This document shows, in pieces, positions 59,101 to 64,000 of a DNA stretch of 64,000 bases. Location of the stretch: IMG/VR virus record IMGVR_UViG_3300030330_005600, positions 1 through 64,000 of that record. The stretch is one strand, 5' to 3'. The translations under genes and the position numbers were made by a program. The DNA comes from a virus (lineage: Duplodnaviria; Caudoviricetes). Position 1 is the first letter of the stretch, and every line of letters begins with the position of its first letter. Under the pieces are notes generated by a model that made no database searches, had not been told where the DNA came from, and worked only from the letters and a program-made list of their open reading frames with translations.

Positions 59101-59473
59101 TTAATTCTGTGGAAGAACCATACCATATATAACTTAGTGGGTTGCTTAAATCTAAATTAAGAGTTGTTTTTAAATTTTTTAATATTATAGTTTCATCTAC
59201 ATCATCTTCTATATCATCTAATGTAAAATATTTCGACTTACTACCTTGTAAAAAAACCACATCTGGTTTTGGATCAAAATTAGCCGAAATTGAAAAATTG
59301 CCGTTAGTGAATAAAGTTGTACCACCATCATCCACCGCAAACCCTACTAAATCAGGACTAAAATTTCTATATTCTATATTATCATTAAAAAATACTCTTT
59401 GTGCATATCCAGCCACCTTTACTGTTTTATTTGGTAAATTAGTGTTTGGTGTATTTGAGTTATTATGTGGCAT
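50153..59473 (-). CDS. Giant (3106 aa) baseplate wedge/tail-associated protein
   Basis: PD.LVK.L..MLG...YRRL..NL..L.KSKG.R motif; Cys-rich segments, coiled coils, CP.GY repeats. Confidence 0.7.
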   Translation of the reverse strand: MPHNNSNTPNTNLPNKTVKVAGYAQRVFFNDNIEYRNFSPDLVGFAVDDGGTTLFTNGNFSISANFDPKPDVVFLQGSKSKYFTLDDIEDDVDETIILKNLKTTLNLDLSNPLSYIWYGSSTELIKASLEEIYTNWPAAIYVDNMFGSTVGNNITNYVFDSIKNESTFSVSTNYLSNPYLIKFSKSDGIVGTEKEVNPLRNFTLEYKSYVVENGNIIRKILHIVPPEQSTNDILTLTVEGNPFPQLTGINIPQYSILLPPQSGSIPFFIKPNETKITTFFSSLNPLQNNLLNRNNYPQYKSILISPKISDQGVVITTKETLTFPILEDGYNLNFFDSYYLEYLDKINTIGENYDKTKTDLIVRKYTAEVINSFDTVPRGDGNDLVLNGEKATKLLRIYGVSFDEVKKYINGIKFAHVVTYNKKNNIPDSLVKELSHMLGLDPITFVTTNKLNKTVLPIPGQGEFSGTTKSLSNSEVDTELYRRLILNLAWLWKSKGSRKAVEFLFRFIGAPEALVKFDEYIVIVDKPLDMEKLKDLLYLYTGEIDTTNIPYDGDGFPLPPVNGDLVIVDFIEGLETGTTLTGNQLPDIVKNPYKEMYFQKAGGWYRETLGNNTQTILKGNNPHVGKYDGGNEYLEYFQQCYVPNFSSSTNVNIVEFTNKINHFINYNYGIFNGMSTGITEFYTTEMVHNSNTNLYDTIEDCYDIGYTLIESPLPNDGIYPLESKYNKLEEDYNKYLELIKESSYLRYSPEFIKIKNEFLDAKKQYEKQVNSENCEGNKALEICLTPLEVVVDSPKKKDCCDELTVVYNDGYFSIYEEVSGKQIKVVGEKLKCCCEKQEYNGEKARYVSYSPPNNDTIVEYCAVTSPCNSQVAGIREDGKVEFASNTSNNQPTYQLSDGNFYEFNGNRVCRGSLQKFILKLYPNSNGTTGDVNNDVILYGNQLLSENSTVEFNRCFLLTNNNNTTIYSSPECCAWHGYDSEVIQVYEGEVVSNYVVCIDNSVSITSPVEDNSNINIINKRINKITQSNNEIENNLKKTNITSNQREELITEKVQNQQTIKNLETEKGTIIKERSLNTKPNIEVTYNKYEPYTNRNTQVEETISVNKNKSSFDNSSVVRTLPNTNGNSVELYSPFEDADLNDTKNWEVESIDDLGRVSFSTIDKNNNKQILDWNSTKGGGNELYANVGKDKGYVYDQFELDYSSHRLQPIAGTKSKKTNKPTVVAVVDSSKISCEDVNKVNILFGSENYMGFKLPTDEDCECDINISLDYMLKYNANSLKNCLGGICNIGIINDLTINSLKCRNFLVFTNDESIALTLEGSISTNTEEQNTNIEIWQNTIQIEPSIECCNALGGEIINSEQTYWTEINVGWTKEIENNIDNIRQNGENNLITSNTELNNIVNSTYKVIDEWENYKETINNCISIDYPNVDFNCLINVNDYITTTQICALKLPNDCGIYTYLSEQLTVTETHLNYAIIKLQECVENKENRSEIINEINKEIINDKTKINTIKNNSEEETRKINTKIKTIDDKITVENDKIKTKSENSQIIDIAIQGINPQKDCTIYQQTITQLNSFNIKEFCQKSRNSEECIKTKTESINAEIKSYSELLTFCQRNNTLNKELVSAKEQNNQTKIDYLVNEININDKEINSITEGPNGVVENNINLQKSKLQENDKVFIINKTAELLGEEPQNITNKSGDLELSTKQQLDLKIQKSNNINEINKITTKRNELEEVKKTEENSKKKIEEEKVKQLEVVNEDINVKQNIKDSMSSNISDGGENCCHSLLSTLTIFLEEILNLSKNIEEEKIGAYNRWSSDLNKIKNDFNYQNGNTYIDYMDDLKVNFNLFVKQSNGNTSKLPYTNDINPVWEWNPTENYSGIIIGNDNNGNIEQDILYNLIENNIQPSDTLFDPQWQTIKYNLPNCVCETLKVTYPNSEFYFSLEIENVECDVCVIVDNIEVNISDCDTQKEITLTNCLIPELSCVIDNKKSWVYNTTGIEYQTIYPDGECNTGSTNNYEITKLIKPEERLWQELEYRYTEYNNPHSDLIMNTKSTVFAIDPANAIECDVYNFWKNIDCEECPTSCDLSCYILGDNGNFLITEDNCSLLIWCNVDSDIINYSGVLRETPSDPLSGYTITLTGCSSDDFNYVDYLNFLEYKVDEMKNEYYSLTGEYNQSLNSTYYEFKDIGGTIENFGITKNNCGSDTIVMGNFKDINEKFGLLVEDINGYMSLFEVNVFDELTPSLSGVTVEILQGYSAQTFNQTEYLDKEFCDKINLKLNSQGKEGFGLGKNYIWNEEYSACTWTDIDEGEGDCTYCGTKEVIDRRVCLPRCPEGYEYDEVDNNCKKSITEYRESEDYEPCLNDYEYIKEETEEFCRKTEIICPIGYEIVGEEGSQYCEKIEVEDAIEEIPDPTIDCGITDETPAGGNDGTFTFYRNLGTDMGEVVFEFNAAGVPDRFIVEWDGQVVIDTGYVGLTGYAMGTWSGKTYNGSVYSGETYLDGLVLPAYSPQPSPNITYTTQGYDGPAGSQGTQQDIDVISLNGVFDLQGGAHPFYNDASLVQRYNSVNGTNLTVNDLSGTNRGLDLGPLSGETGWSPTVFYYGVGHPNHPYSHSGSGTGTAAFIKDKKIGQKYLNDNGSDFADDEFYDVKITVLSADVVGGPGGTGWKFKLRCVEDVVGITEVATVPGFYCEDDTFTLVEEDGVPICKKSITANTENEVTDIEIIPAPIVEYKTTLVKEASNIEKYTATTETVCVNPKDYLDVNPKDINVKETFDDLIISNLIDAKSRQVISNYPMLQLFYQLYLKSNNCGKDFTGKLTYNDLFNFMDKIGDYWLDLLEQVVPATTIWEGCDNSGKLYRNTIFDQNKYQYRRYVLNYNDSNDCELSGISENIIASASTDVTVTEYSLQPINNKTKQVQNKLTQLITEKENLLNKQEIIENRICALELQDDNEKIREEITSLEISLKIITEQLDNLENQITNINSLLKELEKELSEQQSQYQSQIIEGCKSISDTITQAEKDLYDLYAPYTTSYERQRDYIAGLKNKYKKCIRKTQTQTSKYDTIFITQIYDSNEYEGNVSVIGDSEWEVGGAFYNNSLIHDCTTIRFNNRA

Positions 59474-59487
59474 TTAGTACTTACCTA

Positions 59488-60372
59488 TTAAAATATATTA
59501 TTAAATTCTTTAGTTGGATCAATCGTAGACCTTTTTTCTCTTACTTCATATAATGGTTTACCCGTAAACTCATCTTTAATTTCAAATAAATTATATTGTT
59601 TATAAATTTCATCTCCATAATTATAAATGGTATATATACCATCCTCAAGAGATTTAGTTTGATTGGAATATAATGCATATGATAAAGTTTCATCATTATG
59701 TTCTACCATTTCAACATCTAACATAACAGGATCAAAAAAAGTATTAGTTATTATAACATTTTGTCCTGGATTACCAATAAATGGAAACTCATTAGGGTTA
59801 ATAAATGGTGCGGATGAAGGTGTTACAGTACAAAACGTAAGTGTTGAGTTATCATCGTAAGAATATGATTGTGTTGCATTGTTATTTCCTGATGGTTGTG
59901 CAACCACTAATGCATAGTTATTAGATGTAATAATTCTATATTTATTAGGTATTTTATTACCGTCATTGTCTATATATTCTACTCTATATCCTACTAATTG
60001 CCCATTTGCAAATCTGTTTTGATCAGTAGTTGGTATTGACTGTGTATCAAACACCAACCCTTTAATATCTGGTAAATCGGTTAAATTACCACAATCGGAA
60101 ATTGTTGTTCTAATTTGTTTAGGTCTTATTATTATACTATAATACCCAACCGAACCGAATTCTGATGTGGGTAGTTTTAGTGTGTATAACCCCCCTAATA
60201 CTTCTACTGTATTGTTAGGATCCTTTGCTGGAATTAATACCTGATTAGGATCTAATGTTGTTAAAGTTACATCATTAATGTCTTCTCTACTTGGACTATA
60301 AGAATATAATATTTCTACATCATCTACTGAAACATCTGCCGGCCTTACCGTCCCATAATTACCTGTTGCCAT
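59488..60372 (-). CDS. Virion structural protein
   Basis: Beta-rich ORF inside the tail module. Confidence 0.65.
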   Translation of the reverse strand: MATGNYGTVRPADVSVDDVEILYSYSPSREDINDVTLTTLDPNQVLIPAKDPNNTVEVLGGLYTLKLPTSEFGSVGYYSIIIRPKQIRTTISDCGNLTDLPDIKGLVFDTQSIPTTDQNRFANGQLVGYRVEYIDNDGNKIPNKYRIITSNNYALVVAQPSGNNNATQSYSYDDNSTLTFCTVTPSSAPFINPNEFPFIGNPGQNVIITNTFFDPVMLDVEMVEHNDETLSYALYSNQTKSLEDGIYTIYNYGDEIYKQYNLFEIKDEFTGKPLYEVREKRSTIDPTKEFNNIF

Positions 60373-60396
60373 ATTTTTATTTTTTTTATATTTTTA

Positions 60397-61314
60397 TTAT
60401 GTTCTTAAATAACCACCCCTAAAATTATCAATATCATCAGTTGACCTCATTTCAGATAGTAAACCATGTCTTTCAAAAATATCAGCGATACCTCTATTAA
60501 TAAATACATCACTACTGATTTCTGGTTTAAAAACTATACCTAAAAATTCTTCTTGTTTTAGATTAGCGTATACTCCAATATTATTTTGGTTTTTTCCACC
60601 ATAATTTGCACTAAATTGTGTCTTTTTATATGTTACTGTTTGGTTATTATTATTAATAGTTTTTATAAACTCTTTTTTAAATGTTATATATTCTACCCCA
60701 TAAGTTGTAATATTATTAAAACTTATATTAGTTGCATTACTACTCCCCATTAAATCTATTCCACCACCTATAATAAATTTAATAAAATCAGGAGTGTCTT
60801 CTGTTACACCATCGAAAATAGTATTTTTATTATTAGAAACATTTAAATAGGGTATGTAAATTGGTTGGTTGTTACTATCTAACCTCAATGATTTAACGTA
60901 ATTTAATTGATTATCGTCAGTTTCACCAGTTACTGTAACAGGAGGTGTATAATAAAAATTGTCTGGTACGCCAGGTAATCTACCCATAAAAGGATTATAG
61001 TTTGGTGGAATTACTGGTGGTAAATCTGTTATTCTTTGTCCAACAAATTCCATATCAGTATATATACCAATATCTTCATATTTTTGTGTTAAGTAAAAAT
61101 TAATGTCTATGGTTTTATTTTGTTTTTGTCCGAAAGAATCCAGTATAAACTCACCATCATCATCTATTTTATATATTGGTATCTTACCATAATAACAATT
61201 AGGGTGTGTATAATCAATAATTTCATCACCATTATCATCTATTTTTATTACAGATAATGGTATATTTCTTACCGTATAATCCTCTAAACATATTTTTAAA
61301 TCTATTACTTTCAT
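60397..61314 (-). CDS. Virion structural protein
   Basis: ORF in tail module; C-terminal PEI.SDVFI.RG motif. Confidence 0.6.
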   Translation of the reverse strand: MKVIDLKICLEDYTVRNIPLSVIKIDDNGDEIIDYTHPNCYYGKIPIYKIDDDGEFILDSFGQKQNKTIDINFYLTQKYEDIGIYTDMEFVGQRITDLPPVIPPNYNPFMGRLPGVPDNFYYTPPVTVTGETDDNQLNYVKSLRLDSNNQPIYIPYLNVSNNKNTIFDGVTEDTPDFIKFIIGGGIDLMGSSNATNISFNNITTYGVEYITFKKEFIKTINNNNQTVTYKKTQFSANYGGKNQNNIGVYANLKQEEFLGIVFKPEISSDVFINRGIADIFERHGLLSEMRSTDDIDNFRGGYLRT

Positions 61315-61330
61315 AGTTAATGATAAATAT

Positions 61331-62230
61331 TTAACTTACATTAATTTGCCAAAATGTTAGTGTGGGTACATTATTATTTGAATTATCCATATTAACCCCT
61401 CCATTATTGGGAGTTTGTTGTGTATTAGGTAAAAATTTATATTTATACACTCCATTATCATTTTTTAGTCTAACTTTTAAAAATAATTTACCTTGTTCTC
61501 CATTTAAATCTGTTAAATCTACAGTTGCAGGATTAGTTGTTTTAGAAGGTGCTAAAGACATAGACTTTCCATTAATTGCGTTGTTAAAAATTAATGTCAT
61601 ATATAAATCATATTCTTGATTTGGGGAATTATCTACTAAATCTTTATACCAATACATATAATACCCAGCAAAACTTTCAGTAAAAAACTGAGGATTATTA
61701 ACTAAAAAAGAGATGGGTGACTCTGATACAGGTAAAGGTAAATTAGTAGTTGTATTAATCTGTTGTGCACCCATTTGTGTAAAAATATCACTAAAAAATA
61801 ATAATGAATTATTACCACTATCTGGTTTATCAAAAAATAATAACCTACAAAAAGAAAATAAAAACCTATTGGTACGACAAAATAAATCATCATATATATA
61901 TCCTAAATCTTCATAAACTCCAGCACCATTGTATGTGGGTGGATTTCTATATTCTGGAGAATTGTTTTGTATACTATCAGGAGTATAAAAATTTAAATTT
62001 ATTACATAATTATTAATCAAATCCCAATTATCACCGATTGCTGGTTTAAACATTATTTTCTTATAATCAATTATTGGGTTAATAGATTTTTCTACTTCGT
62101 CCTCAATAAATTTGTGTTCCAACATTTCTGTATTATCTACAGGGTAAAATGTAGTAGATAATGGTACATTTATTGTTGTGCCAGTTCCTATATCACCAAC
62201 TAATATTTTTTTTCTATTAACATTCATCAT
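61331..62230 (-). CDS. Virion structural protein
   Basis: ORF in tail module. Confidence 0.6.
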   Translation of the reverse strand: MMNVNRKKILVGDIGTGTTINVPLSTTFYPVDNTEMLEHKFIEDEVEKSINPIIDYKKIMFKPAIGDNWDLINNYVINLNFYTPDSIQNNSPEYRNPPTYNGAGVYEDLGYIYDDLFCRTNRFLFSFCRLLFFDKPDSGNNSLLFFSDIFTQMGAQQINTTTNLPLPVSESPISFLVNNPQFFTESFAGYYMYWYKDLVDNSPNQEYDLYMTLIFNNAINGKSMSLAPSKTTNPATVDLTDLNGEQGKLFLKVRLKNDNGVYKYKFLPNTQQTPNNGGVNMDNSNNNVPTLTFWQINVS

Positions 62231-64000
62231 CTATATCACTAGTGTCTAATATGTTATAATTAATACAAGATCCCGGCACATCCCTAACCCCTAATTCGTA
62301 TTCACCAAAAAAACTAGCCGATTTGACTACTATTTCTATGGATTCTGCTGAATTATTATATGAACTTAAATCTGATACCCCACCCGAACTAATACTATTT
62401 AAAATGTCTGGGTTTAATATTTGAAAATTTAAAAATGTTGGTGTTGTTAACATATTTTCAAATTTTTCTTTTTGTGCTGGTAATTCTAATACCTCTGCCG
62501 TTATATTATAATCACAAGGTGGATCTTGTCTTTTCATATAAAATCTATTATTAAGATAAATATAATGTGCACCACTTTCAAAAGGGTAATCTACACCAGA
62601 ACCAAAAGCATCTATTTCACCTATTTCTAATAAATTTCTCCATTTAAAAACATTAGGAGAAATTTCTACTGCATAATCAGGAACATTATATATTCTTTTA
62701 TATTTTTCTACTTCAATAGGATTAGTTAAGTTATATTTGTTTATTATACTTTGAATATCTACGATAGGATTTTTACTACTACTAAACTCCCTAATTATTA
62801 TTTGAGAATGTGGACTATAAATATAACCTTCGGTTTTATTTGTAGTTCCAGTTATACCATAACCATCATTTATTTCTTTTAAATTTTCCCTATACACTGT
62901 ATTAATTCTATGGTGTATATTTTCTAACCTTTTTTCTAATAAATCGTCTTCATTATATTCAACAATATCGCCATCAAACTCATTATCTGACTCATCAATA
63001 TTCTCAAACCAAATAAAAGGTGGTTCTGATGGAGAGTCAGTTTTATAATTTACATCACCATATGCTTTAATATTGTAATTTACATTTATATTTTTTTCAG
63101 TTAAAAATCCACCACTAATTTTAGTCCAAAATCTATTTTTATCTGAACCTAACATTACACTTTGTTTGTCTAACCAATAAGCGTTACTAACACTATTAGT
63201 TTCACTATCTTGATCGTTTTTAACCACAGTTAAAAATAATTCGCTTAAAGGTCTCCCTAAATTATCTTTTATACCTTCTACATCTACATCAGTAATAAAA
63301 TTAAATGCCGACACTTTATCATAATAATAACTTGTACCATATGCAGCAGGATAAGTATCATAATCAGTATAGTTCTCTGTTAATGCAGAAAATACTCTTA
63401 CATAATATTCAGACTCTTTATCATTCACAACTCTTTTAATGGTTGATGTTCCCACTTGACAAACTATGTCGGTTGGTTTAATGTCTAAAACAAATGTTCT
63501 ATTTTTCTTTTTATTATTATCATCCCCTAATTTAAAAACATTATAACTTCTATCTATTAACGCTAAATTACCACCAGTATTATCGATAAAATTATATAAG
63601 TTAATCTCATCTCTTTTCTGTAAACCATGATTAATTGCAGTAGTAAACGCTACATATTCTCTACCATTTAACGTAACAGTAGTTTGATTAATTATTGGTA
63701 TACCATCTTTCAATGTTATATTAGAAGTATTTCTTATTAACATTATGTCTTTTGTTGATGCAGGGTAGGTTATTTTCATTTTATAATTAGGTTTCCCATC
63801 ATCGTCTAAAAATCTTAACCTATTATAATCGGGATCAAATGTTGTAAATTCACATAATGCTTTTTTTTCATTAGTGGGTAACATATTTGATGGTTCATAA
63901 AAAGGGCTTTCGAAAAAACCTACCCACCCTTCTTTATCAAATATATCATTAGACTGTATTTTTATACTATCTAATTGTGAATTATTATTTGTATATATTT
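62217..64000 (-). CDS. Virion structural protein, 5'-truncated by the window edge
   Basis: Frame stays open from 63884 to the end of the window (IYTNNNSQLDSIKIQSNDIFDKEGWVGFF...). Confidence 0.65.
   Translation of the reverse strand, partial: IYTNNNSQLDSIKIQSNDIFDKEGWVGFFESPFYEPSNMLPTNEKKALCEFTTFDPDYNRLRFLDDDGKPNYKMKITYPASTKDIMLIRNTSNITLKDGIPIINQTTVTLNGREYVAFTTAINHGLQKRDEINLYNFIDNTGGNLALIDRSYNVFKLGDDNNKKKNRTFVLDIKPTDIVCQVGTSTIKRVVNDKESEYYVRVFSALTENYTDYDTYPAAYGTSYYYDKVSAFNFITDVDVEGIKDNLGRPLSELFLTVVKNDQDSETNSVSNAYWLDKQSVMLGSDKNRFWTKISGGFLTEKNINVNYNIKAYGDVNYKTDSPSEPPFIWFENIDESDNEFDGDIVEYNEDDLLEKRLENIHHRINTVYRENLKEINDGYGITGTTNKTEGYIYSPHSQIIIREFSSSKNPIVDIQSIINKYNLTNPIEVEKYKRIYNVPDYAVEISPNVFKWRNLLEIGEIDAFGSGVDYPFESGAHYIYLNNRFYMKRQDPPCDYNITAEVLELPAQKEKFENMLTTPTFLNFQILNPDILNSISSGGVSDLSSYNNSAESIEIVVKSASFFGEYELGVRDVPGSCINYNILDTSDIDDEC

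Noticed and set aside
50153-59473. Intein, intron or diversity-generating retroelement target in the giant gene
   Set aside because: No intein end motifs or homing-endonuclease motifs recognised, frame uninterrupted, no reverse transcriptase or TR/VR pair seen
2018-61330. T4 late promoter TATAAATA
   Set aside because: The TAAATA-like strings are antisense to the downstream genes; the sense motif is ATATTTAT
164-62016. Numerous short plus-strand ORFs in the track (e.g. 11200-11691, 34519-35103, 37825-38250, 55908-56348)
   Set aside because: Antisense shadows of well-supported minus-strand genes, with Ser/Leu/Phe-rich composition
1-64000. Stop-codon reassignment as seen in some large phages
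   Set aside because: Code 11 gives full-length known proteins and near-complete coding density; TAG and TGA end genes at normal junctions; no suppressor tRNA seen

Overview
64 kb of very AT-rich, densely coded DNA, almost all on the minus strand, read in standard code 11. It looks like part of a large (jumbo, T4-like myovirus style) phage genome whose host is probably Bacteroidota/Flavobacteriia. The host inference rests on TTTG-N19/20-TAnnTTT(G/A) promoters, A-rich leaders without Shine-Dalgarno motifs, Bacteroidota-type RpoD, ClpP and Hc1 homologues, and a G...Y-A-x-A-A tmRNA tag. Layout: 1-17 kb is an accessory/host-takeover region (tmRNA, 3 tRNAs, 2 FKBP PPIases, ClpP, DnaJ, thioredoxin, 2 DNA methyltransferases, a dead glutamine synthetase, an OmpR regulator and a DUF2828 TROVE/vWA-like gene). 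17-33.6 kb holds probable head-packaged proteins and cell-wall/lysis enzymes. 33.7-43.6 kb holds a sigma factor, SbcCD, an exonuclease, primase and a RuvC-like resolvase. 43.7-64 kb holds baseplate/tail proteins. The best candidate for an undescribed system is a promoter-to-terminator unit (about 13440-15430) in which the Ro60/TROVE-like DUF2828 gene is followed by two tandem structured non-coding RNAs. These RNAs share 5' and 3' terminal motifs that pair into a bulged helix, as in Y RNAs, but carry different interiors. Second is a near-leaderless ORF that runs into the tmRNA, so tmRNA maturation would turn it into a non-stop mRNA. All protein calls come from motif recognition by eye; no database searches were run.
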